A stretch of 64,000 nt of DNA from Nannocystales bacterium (GCA_050633305.1 JBOEGF010000014.1:160001-224000); one strand, 5' to 3'; shown: positions 18,698-29,680, numbered from the stretch's first letter. Notes: a model not told the origin generated them from the letters alone. Translations and numbers: made by a program.

Positions 18698-20341
18698 GTG
18701 GTTCATCCTCTGGCCGGAAAGAAGCCGCCGCATTCCCTGCTCATCGACGTCCCCAAGCTGGTGGGTGACTACTACACGCTGCGCCCCGACCCTGGGGAGG
18801 CGTCGCAGCGGATCTCGTTCGGGACCAGCGGTCACCGAGGATCGGCATCCTCGGTTTCGTTCAACGAAGATCACATCTTCGCGGTCACGCAGGCGCTTTG
18901 TGACTACCGCGCTCAGGCCGGCATTACGGGGCCGGTGTTCGTCGGCATCGACACCCACGCACTCTCGCGTCCGGCTCGAAACACCGCGCTTGCGGTCTTC
19001 GCCGCCAACGGGGTCACCGCGCTCATCGACGCTGGCGATAGCGTCACCCCCACCCCCGCTGTATCCGTGGCGATCCTTGCCCACAACAAGGGGCGGACCG
19101 ATGGGTTGGCCGATGGCGTGATTCTGACGCCCAGCCACAACCCTCCGGCGGACGGCGGCTTCAAGTACAACCCGCCGCATGGGGGCCCAGCCGGCGGTGA
19201 CATCACCCAGGCCATTCAGGACCGCGCCAACGCCCTGTTGGAGGCTCGGCTCGATGGCGTTCGGCGGGTCAGCGTGGCATCGGCCCTTCGGGCAGCCACG
19301 ACACAACCGTTCGACTACATCACTCCCTATGTCGCGGCGCTGGAGCAAGTGATTGACCTCGAAGCCATCGCGGGGAGCGGTCTCGAACTCGGGGTCGATC
19401 CGATGGGTGGCTCGGGCATCAACTACTGGGGCCCGATCTCCGAAAAGTACGGGCTAAAGATCGACGTCATCAATGACGCCATCGATCCAAGGTTCTCCTT
19501 CGTCTGCGTCGACAAGGACGGCAAGATCCGCATGGACTGCTCTTCCCCGTACGCGATGGCGGGACTGGTCGAACTCAAAGAGCGCTACGTCGTCGCCGTG
19601 GGCAACGATACGGACTACGATCGCCACGGCATCGTCACGCGCAGTCAGGGGCTGATGAACCCCAATCACTATCTCGCGGTCGCGATCGACTACCTGTTTC
19701 GAACCCGCGAGGGATGGTCCGCGGATGCTGTCGTCGGCAAGACGCTGGTCAGCAGCAGCATGATCGATCGGGTTGCGGCTGACCTCGGACGCAAGGTCAG
19801 TGAGGTCCCTGTGGGCTTCAAGTGGTTCGTCGACGGGTTGGTGAGCGGTGCGTACGGATTCGGAGGCGAGGAGAGTGCAGGAGCGAGTTTCCTGCGTAAG
19901 GATGGGACCGTGTGGTCGACCGATAAGGACGGGATCATTATGGATTTGCTCGCTGCGGAGATCACCGCCAAGACCGGGAAAGACCCGGGGGAGCACTACA
20001 CCGCCCTGACCCAAAAGCACGGCCAGCCGGTGTACGAGCGTCTGGATGCGCCCGCAACGCCCGTTCAGAAGGCAGCGCTCAAGAAGCTGTCTCCAGATCA
20101 GGTCACCACCGATACGCTCGCCGGCGATCCGATCGTTGCGAAGCTTACCGAGGCCTCGGGCAATGGGGCGGCAATCGGCGGACTCAAGGTCGTGACCGAG
20201 CAGGGTTGGTTCGCCGCACGACCGTCGGGAACCGAGGACGTCTACAAGATTTACACCGAGAGCTTCGGCGGGCCAGACCATCTCGCGAAGATCCAGGAAG
20301 AGGCGAAAGCGATCGTTGCGTCGGCACTCGGTGGTGCGTGA
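18698..20341 (+). CDS. pgm: Phosphoglucomutase
   Basis: [34 protein letters not shown]. Confidence 0.96.
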   Translation: MVHPLAGKKPPHSLLIDVPKLVGDYYTLRPDPGEASQRISFGTSGHRGSASSVSFNEDHIFAVTQALCDYRAQAGITGPVFVGIDTHALSRPARNTALAVFAANGVTALIDAGDSVTPTPAVSVAILAHNKGRTDGLADGVILTPSHNPPADGGFKYNPPHGGPAGGDITQAIQDRANALLEARLDGVRRVSVASALRAATTQPFDYITPYVAALEQVIDLEAIAGSGLELGVDPMGGSGINYWGPISEKYGLKIDVINDAIDPRFSFVCVDKDGKIRMDCSSPYAMAGLVELKERYVVAVGNDTDYDRHGIVTRSQGLMNPNHYLAVAIDYLFRTREGWSADAVVGKTLVSSSMIDRVAADLGRKVSEVPVGFKWFVDGLVSGAYGFGGEESAGASFLRKDGTVWSTDKDGIIMDLLAAEITAKTGKDPGEHYTALTQKHGQPVYERLDAPATPVQKAALKKLSPDQVTTDTLAGDPIVAKLTEASGNGAAIGGLKVVTEQGWFAARPSGTEDVYKIYTESFGGPDHLAKIQEEAKAIVASALGGA

Positions 20342-20358
20342 TGGCCACCGTCCCGTGA

Positions 20359-22125
20359 TTGGCGTTCGGATCTGGGACGCGGCCTTTTCGACGGCGTGGT
20401 TTTCCCGATAGGCTCTTCGGAGTGTTGCTGGCAAGTGTGCTGCCGACCGGTCGCGGGAGAGCCCCCGGCGCGGGACGGCCGTCGGTCTCGGGTCGGACTG
20501 ATTCGCGAGAGACGCTTCGCGCCCTCATCGTCGAAGACGACCCAGGCGATGCACGGTTGGTCCAAGCGATGCTGCGTCGCGCGGGTCGCTGGGCGCTGAC
20601 CGTCCGCGTTGCGGAGTGTCTTCGCGATGCCGAAGACGTGCTCTCTTCGGGCCGAGAGCCTATCGACCTCGTTCTCCTCGACATGAGACTCCCCGATGGT
20701 GAGGGGTTGCATGCTCTTGGGCGCGTGCTCGCTGCGCGGCCTGACGTTGGCGTGATCGTTCTGACCGGTCTCGACGATGACTCTCTGGCCCGTGCCTGCC
20801 TGGCTGCGGGCGCCGTCGACTACGTGCGGAAGTCCGGCATGTTGGGGCATGGGTTCGTGCGAACCGTGGACTACGCGCTCGCTCGGGCGAAGAACCTCCA
20901 GTTGAAGACCCAGCTCGACGGCGTGGGCCGGCTGGCTGCGCTTGGGGAGATCACTGCTGGGGTTGCCCATGAGATCAACAACCCTGCGACCTACGTCGGC
21001 TACAGCATCGTCGATGTGAAGCGGTCGCTGAGGACGATCGCCAACAGGGTGTCGCCCACCGACGCCGCGCTTTCATCCGAGCTTCGGGGACTCACGGACA
21101 CGCTCGAGATGGCCTCCGAGGGGGTGGACCGAATCGTCGCCGTCGTCCGCGAGCTTCAGGACCACGCGTGTGAGAGTCCTTCGGATGGTGGTGCCGTCAC
21201 AGACCCGGTGGCGTCTGCCAAGTCGAGCCTGCGGCTCATCGACTACCAGGTTCGGCATTGGACCTCGGTCGAGACCGACTTCGCAGCGTGTCCGCCGATC
21301 TCGATTCACCCTCAACGGTTCGGCCAGATCGTCGCGAATCTGGTGCTCAACGCGGCGCAGGCCGTGCGCGACAGCGCCACGCCTACGCCCGTCCAAGTCA
21401 CGCTTGCTGTCGAGGAACACTCGGTCTTGTTGCAGGTTCGCGACCGCGGTGGCGGTATCCCGGCACCAGATCTCCCGAAGATCTTCGACTCGTTCTACAC
21501 ATCGAAGGGGAAGCGTGGAGGCACGGGTCTTGGCTTGTCGATCGTGCGCGAGGTCGTCACCGCGGCGAACGGGTCGATCAACGTCGAGAGTGAGGTCGGG
21601 GTGGGGTCCGTGTTCTCGGTTCGGATCCCGATAGCTCGGGATGCGGCGGTTGTTGGGCCACCGGGACAGTCGCGTGCGTTCCCAAAACGACGTGTGCTCT
21701 TGGTCGATGATGACGAACTCGTGCTCACCGCGTTGGGTCGCGCGCTCGGACGTCACCACGATGTGTGGACGACGAGCGGAGGGCAAGAGGCTCTCGATCT
21801 GCTTGCGGAGTTCGACGGCAAGACCGACGTGGTTCTCTGTGACCTGATGATGCCGGGGATGGATGGCGGGACGACGCTTTCCCGAATCTTCGCGCAGTTT
21901 CCTGCGTTGAAGGAACGCGCGGTCATCCTTAGCGGGGGCGGGACAACTGCGTCGCTGAGCACCCTGCTCGCCAAGAACCATCTGCAGATTATCAACAAGC
22001 CCGCTCGCGTGGCCGAGCTGCTGGAGACGATCGATACGGTGACCCGTAGCGAGCCTGGCCTCAGGCCGGAGCTCCAGGCGGTGGAAGCCGTACCACCGCG
22101 AACCAGTAATCCTGAAGAGTGTTGA
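20359..22125 (+). CDS. Hybrid sensor kinase (REC-HisKA-HATPase-REC)
   Basis: IVEDD and LLDMRLPD; HEINNP; GTGLGL; C-terminal LVDDD and CDLMMP; start uncertain. Confidence 0.9.
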   Translation: MAFGSGTRPFRRRGFPDRLFGVLLASVLPTGRGRAPGAGRPSVSGRTDSRETLRALIVEDDPGDARLVQAMLRRAGRWALTVRVAECLRDAEDVLSSGREPIDLVLLDMRLPDGEGLHALGRVLAARPDVGVIVLTGLDDDSLARACLAAGAVDYVRKSGMLGHGFVRTVDYALARAKNLQLKTQLDGVGRLAALGEITAGVAHEINNPATYVGYSIVDVKRSLRTIANRVSPTDAALSSELRGLTDTLEMASEGVDRIVAVVRELQDHACESPSDGGAVTDPVASAKSSLRLIDYQVRHWTSVETDFAACPPISIHPQRFGQIVANLVLNAAQAVRDSATPTPVQVTLAVEEHSVLLQVRDRGGGIPAPDLPKIFDSFYTSKGKRGGTGLGLSIVREVVTAANGSINVESEVGVGSVFSVRIPIARDAAVVGPPGQSRAFPKRRVLLVDDDELVLTALGRALGRHHDVWTTSGGQEALDLLAEFDGKTDVVLCDLMMPGMDGGTTLSRIFAQFPALKERAVILSGGGTTASLSTLLAKNHLQIINKPARVAELLETIDTVTRSEPGLRPELQAVEAVPPRTSNPEEC

Positions 22126-22507
22126 GCACACTGCTAAGCCCCGCGAGGCTTGGCGGTTTGCAGATGTACGAGTTCGCGTGGTGCCGGTAGGAGGCCGAGA
22201 TGTCGCGCTCCTGCTCGGAGCTTGTAAGCATCACGACCGGGACCTGGCACAGCTCGTCGTCGTCCTTGATGGCGGCGAGGACCTCGTGCCCGTCGAGGCC
22301 GGGGAGGTTGATGTCCAGCAGGATGAGATCGGGTCGCGGAGCGTCGGGAAACTTGCCCTGCCGCCGTAAGAACTCGAGGGCCGAGCGTCCATCGGTCACG
22401 ACATGAAGAGTATTGAGAACCTTCGAGGACTTGAACGCTTTACGCGTGAGCAGAATGTCGCCGGGGTTGTCTTCGACAAGAAGGATCTCTGCGGCTCGTA
22501 CATTCAT
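22061..22507 (-). CDS. Single-domain response regulator, Rcp1-like
   Basis: LLVEDNPGD, PDLILLDINLP, MLTSS, ANSYICKP. Confidence 0.93.
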   Translation of the reverse strand: MNVRAAEILLVEDNPGDILLTRKAFKSSKVLNTLHVVTDGRSALEFLRRQGKFPDAPRPDLILLDINLPGLDGHEVLAAIKDDDELCQVPVVMLTSSEQERDISASYRHHANSYICKPPSLAGLSSVLNTLQDYWFAVVRLPPPGAPA

Positions 22508-24372
22508 TGGGGGGTCTCCCTAGGAAGGGTAAACCAGAATAGGGACCCTTGGTCAGGTTCGGATCGGACTCCGATCGATCCGTGGTGTCGTTCGATGGCT
22601 CGTTTGCTGATCGCGAGACCGATCCCGGTACCAGGAAATCTTGAACGCGAGTTGAGCCGCTGAAACATGCGAAAGACCTTGTTCGCGAATCGGGCCTCGA
22701 AGCCGATTCCGTTGTCTTCGATTTCAACCAGCGTGTCGCGGTCTCGCTCCGTCGCGGAGACCCGAATGATCGGGGGACGGTCCGGGTGGCGGAACTTGAG
22801 CGCATTGCTCATCAAGTTGCGGACAACGTGGAGAAGCTGACTCTTATCGGCCGTCACCATCGGAAGAGCGGGGAGCGCAACACTCGCCCCCGAGGCTTCG
22901 ATCTCCGTCTTCTGCTCTGCGATGACGTCGGCAAACAGGTCGGAAAGGGATAACGGCCTCAGAGCCATTGCCTCTGCGCCCGCGCGGGAGAACCGGAGCA
23001 GGTCCGAGACGAGGACACTCATGCGCTCAGCGCCGTCGTGTGCGAATTTCACGTACTCCTGACCGCTGGCGTCGAGGTTTTCGCTGTGCTCGTCCTTGAG
23101 CAGGCCCATGAAGCTCCGGACCATGCGGAGCGGCTCCTGCAGGTCGTGGGAGGCGACGTAGGCGAACTCCTCCAGCTCCCGCAGCGTCTGCTGGCGTTCG
23201 GTCACGTCGCTGACGGTCATGACCGCAGCGGCGTTTGTCGCCTCTTTGATGGGCGAGGCTGAGATCGACACCCATCGTTCGCTGGCTTCGCCGGGAGTCT
23301 TTCGCAGCACCCATTCGTTGCGAACCTCTTCACCTGCAAGCGCTCGGACGATGGGCAGGCGGTCGTGCGGTAGAGGATCGCCAGAGGCCGTGCGGAGTCC
23401 ACTGGCTTCGGTCCAGTCGGCTGGCGCTCCGTCGAATTTCTCTGATGCCAGAACCCGTTTTGCCTCCGAGTTTGCGAGCAGGACGTGTCCGTCTCGATCG
23501 GTGACGAGCGCGCCCGTGGAGAGCGAGCTGATGATGTTCGCAAGTTCACTCCGGGCCGCGGATGTCTCCCGGTTGGCCTCCTGAAGTTCGAGGTTGCGCT
23601 CCTTGAGGGCGTCCTCGACTCGAACCCTCTTCGTGACGTCGTTGAGCTTGACCATGACGCCCACAGCCTCGCCGTCGGGCATCTGCCACGGCCGCAGTGA
23701 GACCTCGAACGATCGCCCGATCGATGGAACGGTGTGGGGCTGGTCGTCGACTGGCGCTCCATCATCCAGAACTGCGTCGATGGTCTCCTCCAAGGGAACG
23801 AGATGCTCGAGAGCTTGGCCGTACTCTTCTCCGGCCTCGAGCTCGAGCGCGAACGTGCTCCTGAGTCGGGGCGTGGACGCGACGACTCGTTTCTTGGCGT
23901 CGAGAAGGAGCGCGGACACGGGCAAGACATCGACGACTTGCCGGAGCATCGACGCGGTGTCCTTTCGAAGTCCCCGCATGGTCGCGGATGCCTCCCGCAG
24001 CATGGGGTCGTCTTCCCCGCGCGATGTTCCGACCGTCCCCAGCACTGTGTTCGTGCGAGCGTCCGCCATGCGCGTCTTGATGGTGGCGTAGTACTCGACG
24101 TTCCCATCGTGCCGCGTCACGGGTTCGACGGTCGTCAGCGCGGCCCCGGTCCGAAGAACCTGTCTGTCGTCACGCACATACTGAAGCGTGTCGTCTGGGT
24201 CGCTGTGGCTCCCATCGACCTGATCCTTCAGCTCGGCTCGGGTGACCCCGTAGTAGTCGCAGAATGCCTGGTTCGCCCACAACAGTCGTGAGCGCTCATC
24301 CTTGACCAAGACGAACTCGGTCATTGAGTCGAGAACGAGCTGGAACCACTCCGACGATTCCTGTTCGGGCAT
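22504..24372 (-). CDS. Cytoplasmic multi-PAS sensor histidine kinase
   Basis: Three PAS-like segments; ASHDLQEPLR; NALKF, DNGIG, FQRL, GTGIGL; 4-nt overlap with the response regulator. Confidence 0.92.
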   Translation of the reverse strand: MPEQESSEWFQLVLDSMTEFVLVKDERSRLLWANQAFCDYYGVTRAELKDQVDGSHSDPDDTLQYVRDDRQVLRTGAALTTVEPVTRHDGNVEYYATIKTRMADARTNTVLGTVGTSRGEDDPMLREASATMRGLRKDTASMLRQVVDVLPVSALLLDAKKRVVASTPRLRSTFALELEAGEEYGQALEHLVPLEETIDAVLDDGAPVDDQPHTVPSIGRSFEVSLRPWQMPDGEAVGVMVKLNDVTKRVRVEDALKERNLELQEANRETSAARSELANIISSLSTGALVTDRDGHVLLANSEAKRVLASEKFDGAPADWTEASGLRTASGDPLPHDRLPIVRALAGEEVRNEWVLRKTPGEASERWVSISASPIKEATNAAAVMTVSDVTERQQTLRELEEFAYVASHDLQEPLRMVRSFMGLLKDEHSENLDASGQEYVKFAHDGAERMSVLVSDLLRFSRAGAEAMALRPLSLSDLFADVIAEQKTEIEASGASVALPALPMVTADKSQLLHVVRNLMSNALKFRHPDRPPIIRVSATERDRDTLVEIEDNGIGFEARFANKVFRMFQRLNSRSRFPGTGIGLAISKRAIERHHGSIGVRSEPDQGSLFWFTLPRETPQ

Positions 24373-24579
24373 TCCAAGTCAGTCTCGCATCTTTCGCCGC
24401 ACTCCCGATGCGACTGGCCCGAAGTAGTCCCCGACTTCGGGCGGTCCCGGAAAGGTCCGCAATGGCGAGGCGAGTGATGGAACGACTCGGCGCGATCGAT
24501 GACATTGGAGCGTCCGTATCCCGGACGTGTGGTCGTTCCGAGCGGCGCTCGAGCTGAACGTCGTGCGGCTGAGGAACGG

Positions 24580-25251
24580 TCAGGGATTGCTGGGCGCGGG
24601 CTCGAGCGCGGCGAGTAGCAGACCCAAGGAGTCATGCGCGTCTTCGGCCTCGGCCGTCGCCTCGATGGCGGCGACGACATCACGAAGCATTGCGGCCTCT
24701 CGATCGTGCAAGCGCAGCCGAAGCTGAAGCCCGCGGGAGAAGCTCGCGTGTCGCTGGGACTGTGGCTGTCCCTCGCGGCAGCCGACCCACAGGGCGACTG
24801 CGTATGCCAACGGGCGCTCGTCGGCCTCGAGCGCGTCGAAGTCGAGCTCGCCGAACGGGAGAGGGCCGGCGGCGATGGCACCGAAGGGGCTCCCGCTGCG
24901 GCGTGGTGCGGAGGAGAGCTGCCGGGCGAGGGCGTGGCCTCGGTCCACGGCACGGGCGGCGAGCGCTCCGTCACTCCACATGGAGGCGACGGCGATTTCG
25001 AAGAGGGGCGTAGGGAGGCGGCCGTAGCCGGAGGATGCTTGCGTGGTCGGCGCGCCGCGCTCGGGAGCAGTCTGAAACAGCGTCTCGGCGGTGCTCGGTG
25101 CGGTGTGATCGTCAGGCATCAACAAACTCGGCGCCGGTTTCGCGGCGGGGGGTGCGGAAGCGACCGGTTTTCGACCCAGGCCGCTGTTGCGTCGGGGGAT
25201 GTCGTCGGTCAAGCGTGGGCTCACCCCGCTTCCCGACACGCACTGCCACAT
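24580..25251 (-). CDS. Hypothetical protein, possibly a degenerate TerB-like fold
   Basis: VASMWSDG and LAYAVALWV resemble TerB helices; start uncertain. Confidence 0.4.
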   Translation of the reverse strand: MWQCVSGSGVSPRLTDDIPRRNSGLGRKPVASAPPAAKPAPSLLMPDDHTAPSTAETLFQTAPERGAPTTQASSGYGRLPTPLFEIAVASMWSDGALAARAVDRGHALARQLSSAPRRSGSPFGAIAAGPLPFGELDFDALEADERPLAYAVALWVGCREGQPQSQRHASFSRGLQLRLRLHDREAAMLRDVVAAIEATAEAEDAHDSLGLLLAALEPAPSNP

Positions 25252-25387
25252 CTTGCAGCCTGCGCCTCACCACCCCTTCTTCGGGAAATGCATCTATTCG
25301 TGTTTTGCCATGGGGTCAAGCCACATCGGCGTCCCAATTTCCGGTATTGACCGCTTATGTGGGTGAATTGAGCACCTCTGCTACCGT

Positions 25388-28300
25388 GTGGACTCGGACG
25401 CGATTCCGGTCGTCCGTCGACCCATGGTTCTTCGTTGGTCAGGGTGCAACGCTGTTCTCGGCGCCGCGATCGTTTTCGCGCTGAGCCCTCCTGCGCATGC
25501 CCAGGAGCCCGATCCTGCGTCTGTCCGGGATGCGGGGGTTGAAGCTCACGTGGACCCAAGCGCGGACGCGCGCCCGGCTGTCGGGCCGGCCAAGGGGCGC
25601 GCGGCGGACGTCCAGGCCCAGGCCGACGCCCTACGCGCGCTTCTCGACGGGACCTTGGACTCCGCCATCGACGCGGAAGACCTGCTGGTCCTGCCGGACG
25701 ATGTCTTTCCTATCGTCCTTGAGGCGCTCATGACGCCGGATCCGGGCCCCGGCCTCGCTCCCCCACCCGCGGCCGAACAAAGCCCACTGGAGCTCGCCCA
25801 GGCCGACCTTCTGGAGACGCTTCGCAAGCTGTTCTCGCTCACCCCGCGAGCCCGCGCCGACCTGCTCGCAGCGCATGCGTCCAAAGCCGAGGCTTCAGTG
25901 GCGGGCCAAAGGCGCGTGGATGCTTGGAAGGCGGAGGCCGCTCGACTCGATGCCCGCTCGGCCACGTTGGAGAGCTTCGTCGAGGACACCGCCGAGCCGG
26001 GTACGGACACCAAGGGGCTGACTCGCATCGAGTTGCTCTCGTTGCTTCCAGCGGACGCGACCCTCGACCCGTCCCCAAGCGAAGCGTCGCTCGCCGTCCT
26101 GGCGAGCCGGGACGCCGCTTCAGAGCGGCTACGCACCGCACTCGAGGCCTGGATGGCGCTGCCCGAAGATGCCCGAGCATCCCGGCGAGCGGCCGCCGAG
26201 GTTGAGGTGGTGCCGCAGGAGGTCGCCCCCGAGACCGAGCCGCCCGAACCCGAGCTTCCCGAAGCCTTTGTCGACGAAGAAGAGGCGCAGGACCGCGAGG
26301 ACATCTCCGACAAGGAAGAGGAGGCTGCCGACGCGGCTCGCGAGAAAGAGGAAGCCCTCGACGTTGCCCGGATGGCACGTAGTGAGGCGCTGCGAGTCGT
26401 TGCCGAGGAGCGTGCCCGCCTGCTGGGGATCAAAGAACAGCAAGCCCTGTTCGCGGCGGGTCTTCCACGGTGGCGGCAACTCGCGCGCGAGCTTCACGAG
26501 TCTTCACTGGAGTGGCATCGACGGGTCGATGAAATGGTCGATGGCGCTTCGGGTGACGAGGCCGACGCGGACGCCGTCTACACGGAGCTTCGAAGCACGC
26601 TCGACGATGCTCGCTCCGCATTGTCGGAGGCCTTGGCGCGGGCGGCCGATCCTGGCCAACAAGTTCCGGCGCCGCCGGACGACTTCAACGACGCGGACCT
26701 GCCGGCCGATGTCGACCGCGCGGACCTGGTTGAGCTTCGAGACTCTCTGTCGGCCGAGGTCGAGGCGCTCTCAGCCGAGGAACTCTTGGTCGCGTGGGAG
26801 GTTGCGTCGCTGCTTCGAGACGACGTCGTCATGCTCAACCGCGACCGGCTCCGGCTTCTGCCGAGCATGTCGCCGCACGTTCGGGATGAACTGACGGGGT
26901 TGGGTCTTGCGGGTCGAGCCCAGGCGCGACGCGAGCTCGGACAGATCGGGCTCGAACTTCGGTATCATGCGATGTCGTTGCCACGCGACGCGGCATCGGT
27001 CGCGTCGAGCGTGCAGGCGCGTCCCTTGGACCTGGTGGTCCGCGCCCTCGAGCTGGTCTGTATCATCGCGTTGTTTCGGTGGTGGCGCGGGCAGGCCGAC
27101 GCCTTGCTTCGGAAGTGGCGAGGGCCGATGTGGGCTCCCTCTCCCGCGCAGCGAGTCCGCGCGAACGCCATCTGGTACCTCCTGAGGATTCGTCACCCGG
27201 TGGAGTGGTTGCTGCTCCTGATGGTCCTGCCGTTTGTGGTGGGGACCGCATCCAATGCGCTGGAACTTCGCCTCATCTGGCTTGTGCTGGTTTGGGTGCA
27301 AGGCGCCCGTGCCGTGGTTGTCACGGTGGACGCCATCGCGGAGCGGCAGAGCATCTACGGCGTGAGCGCCAAGGGAAACGGCAAGCTCCGCTTTCGCTCG
27401 CTGCGCCTGATCGGGCTCACCGTTACGCTTGTCGGCCTGATTCTCACCCTCACGTCGGACATCGTGGGGCGCGGCACGATCTATCGCTGGGTTCTACAAG
27501 GGTGTTGGGTCCTCGTGGCGCCGATCGGGATCTGGTTGGTCTCGCAGTGGCGCCCGAGCATCGTCGGGCGACTCGAAGGCTCCGTGAAGACAAGTGCGGT
27601 TGCCCGGTTGGTGGTCGAGAACCAGTCCGGGGTGCGCGGGTTCCTCGTCGCCGCGGTCGGCGGGGCGTGGCTGTTGGGTCGGGGGACAAGTGCATGGCTC
27701 GTTCGGCAACTCTCCGGGCTCGACACGACGCGCAAGGTGCTGGCGTACCTCTTTCGGCGAGAGGTCGCGCGCAAGGCGGAGACGTCGACTCTGGGTCCAC
27801 GGGGAACGCCGCTGGCCGGTCGACCGTTCGACCAACTGGGCCCTCAGAGCCAGGCAACTAAGACTGCGCCCGTCGAGGAGCCCGCCCGCGAGCTGGTGAC
27901 GCAGGCGCTGGAGCTGACCCGAGCCACCGCCTGTACGCTCAGCGTGGTCGTGGGAGAGCGCGGGATGGGCAAGACGACCTTCCTGCGTCGGCTGGTCGGG
28001 CGTAGCGAGGAAACGACCTGCATCGTGGGCTGTCCTCCCGAGGGGTTCGATGCCCTGCTCGAGGCCCTTGCAGTGCAGTTCAACGCAGCGAACTACGAAA
28101 TCGAGACCGTGGCGCAGGCGATCCGCGATGCGGGACCCTCTCTGATCTGCATCGACGACGCGCACCGAATGATCGCGCCGGCGGTCGGTGGCTTGGAGCA
28201 GTTGGACCACTTCACTCGCTTCGCGCTTAAAGTCGGTGGCGATGTGTCCTGGATCGTCGCGGTTCAGGAGGCGGCGTGGCACTTCGTCGAGCGGGCTCGC

Positions 28301-28849
28301 GGCGAGCGCGTCTTCTTCGACCGGGTGTTTACGCTTCCGCGTTGGACCGAGGATCAAATCGCGACCCTGATCCAACGTAGAACGGTTGAGGTCGAGCTCA
28401 AGCCCAGCTTTGACGCGCTGGTGGTTGCCGCCGAGTCCGACGACCCCGCGGAGGGGCGCAGGACCGAGCTTGGGTACTACCGAATCCTGTGGGACCACTC
28501 GGATGGCAACCCCGCTGTCGCGCTGCAGGCATGGCGCAACTCGTTGTTCGTCTCTCAGACCGAGGACGAGCCGGTTGTACGGCTGTTCGAGGAGCCTTCC
28601 GCGACCGAGGTCGAGCGTCTCCCCGCGACGTTGTTGTTCGTGTTGCGGGCGATCGTCCAGCTCGAGCTCGCCACCCCGCAGGAGGTCGCCGACTGCACCC
28701 AGCTCCCCGGCCCCGACGTCGCTGATGCGATTCGTTTCTCGGTCGCCCACGGGTATGTCGAGCCGTCGTCGGGTCGCTTCCGCCTCTCGTGGACCTGGTA
28801 CCGAACCATCACCCGCGTCTTGGTGCGCCAACACTTGCTCGTGAGCTGA
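25388..28849 (+). CDS. Large membrane protein: signal peptide, coiled coil, about 6 TM helices, STAND/AAA-like P-loop NTPase
   Basis: Signal ending PAHA-Q; Walker A GERGMGKT (residue 856); Walker B LICIDD; SDGNP; wHTH-like C-terminus. Confidence 0.8.
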   Translation: MDSDAIPVVRRPMVLRWSGCNAVLGAAIVFALSPPAHAQEPDPASVRDAGVEAHVDPSADARPAVGPAKGRAADVQAQADALRALLDGTLDSAIDAEDLLVLPDDVFPIVLEALMTPDPGPGLAPPPAAEQSPLELAQADLLETLRKLFSLTPRARADLLAAHASKAEASVAGQRRVDAWKAEAARLDARSATLESFVEDTAEPGTDTKGLTRIELLSLLPADATLDPSPSEASLAVLASRDAASERLRTALEAWMALPEDARASRRAAAEVEVVPQEVAPETEPPEPELPEAFVDEEEAQDREDISDKEEEAADAAREKEEALDVARMARSEALRVVAEERARLLGIKEQQALFAAGLPRWRQLARELHESSLEWHRRVDEMVDGASGDEADADAVYTELRSTLDDARSALSEALARAADPGQQVPAPPDDFNDADLPADVDRADLVELRDSLSAEVEALSAEELLVAWEVASLLRDDVVMLNRDRLRLLPSMSPHVRDELTGLGLAGRAQARRELGQIGLELRYHAMSLPRDAASVASSVQARPLDLVVRALELVCIIALFRWWRGQADALLRKWRGPMWAPSPAQRVRANAIWYLLRIRHPVEWLLLLMVLPFVVGTASNALELRLIWLVLVWVQGARAVVVTVDAIAERQSIYGVSAKGNGKLRFRSLRLIGLTVTLVGLILTLTSDIVGRGTIYRWVLQGCWVLVAPIGIWLVSQWRPSIVGRLEGSVKTSAVARLVVENQSGVRGFLVAAVGGAWLLGRGTSAWLVRQLSGLDTTRKVLAYLFRREVARKAETSTLGPRGTPLAGRPFDQLGPQSQATKTAPVEEPARELVTQALELTRATACTLSVVVGERGMGKTTFLRRLVGRSEETTCIVGCPPEGFDALLEALAVQFNAANYEIETVAQAIRDAGPSLICIDDAHRMIAPAVGGLEQLDHFTRFALKVGGDVSWIVAVQEAAWHFVERARGERVFFDRVFTLPRWTEDQIATLIQRRTVEVELKPSFDALVVAAESDDPAEGRRTELGYYRILWDHSDGNPAVALQAWRNSLFVSQTEDEPVVRLFEEPSATEVERLPATLLFVLRAIVQLELATPQEVADCTQLPGPDVADAIRFSVAHGYVEPSSGRFRLSWTWYRTITRVLVRQHLLVS

Positions 28850-28852
28850 TCG

Positions 28853-29680
28853 ATGGAAGGCGTCCCCGATAACGCAACGTTGGAGCAGATCACCGGGCTG
28901 ATCCGCTGGAGTGGGGTGCTCACCTCGATTCTGGTGATCGTCGGTGCGCTGGTCGTGCTCCGGTTCGTCCGCAACACCGTCGAGAACCTCAGCGGGCAGT
29001 TCGCGAACCGGCGGTTCCTGTTTCAGAAGGTCGCCACCGTCCTCCAGTTCGTCGTCTACGTGGCGACGGGCGTGTCGGTTTTGTCGCTGAGCCTCGACCT
29101 CGACGACGGCGCGCTCGCGGTGATCGGTGGCACGGTGGCTGTGTCCGTCGGTTTCGCCGTCAAAGACCTGGTGGCCTCCTTCATCGCGGGGATCATGATC
29201 ATGCTCGACCGGCCGTTTCAGGTGGGTGACCGGGTGAGCTTTGGCGGTCAGTACGGCGATGTGACGGCGATCGGTCTGCGTTCGGTTCGTATGCAGACAC
29301 TCGACGACAACACGGTCACGATCCCCAACAACAAGTTTCTCAACGAGATCACGTCCAACGGGAACTACGGCGCGCTGGACATGCAGGTCGTCATCGACTT
29401 TCACGTGGGCGCGGACCAGAACATCCTGCTGGCGAGAGAGGTTGTGTCCGAGGCGGCGGTCTCGAGTCGCTACGCCTACCTGCCCAAGCCCGTCGTCGTG
29501 CTCGTGGAGCAGGTGGTCAGCAGCGACCTCGTCGCGATACGGCTACGGCTCAAGGCCTATGTGCTCGACATCAAGTATGAGAAAGCGCTGGTGACGGATG
29601 TGAACCTTCGGGTTCTTCAGGCCTTCAGCAAGCACAACATCAAGCCTCCGGCGGTGCTGCATCGGTCTTCGCTCGGGTAG
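28853..29680 (+). CDS. MscS-family small mechanosensitive channel
   Basis: GFAVKDLVASFIAGIMIMLDRPFQVGDRV, IGLRS, IPN; starts 3 nt after the NTPase gene. Confidence 0.92.
   Translation: MEGVPDNATLEQITGLIRWSGVLTSILVIVGALVVLRFVRNTVENLSGQFANRRFLFQKVATVLQFVVYVATGVSVLSLSLDLDDGALAVIGGTVAVSVGFAVKDLVASFIAGIMIMLDRPFQVGDRVSFGGQYGDVTAIGLRSVRMQTLDDNTVTIPNNKFLNEITSNGNYGALDMQVVIDFHVGADQNILLAREVVSEAAVSSRYAYLPKPVVVLVEQVVSSDLVAIRLRLKAYVLDIKYEKALVTDVNLRVLQAFSKHNIKPPAVLHRSSLG

Noticed and set aside
27494..29404. 636-aa minus-strand ORF and many similar long overlapping ORFs
   Set aside because: Antisense to well-supported genes, with no recognisable motifs; a codon-bias artefact
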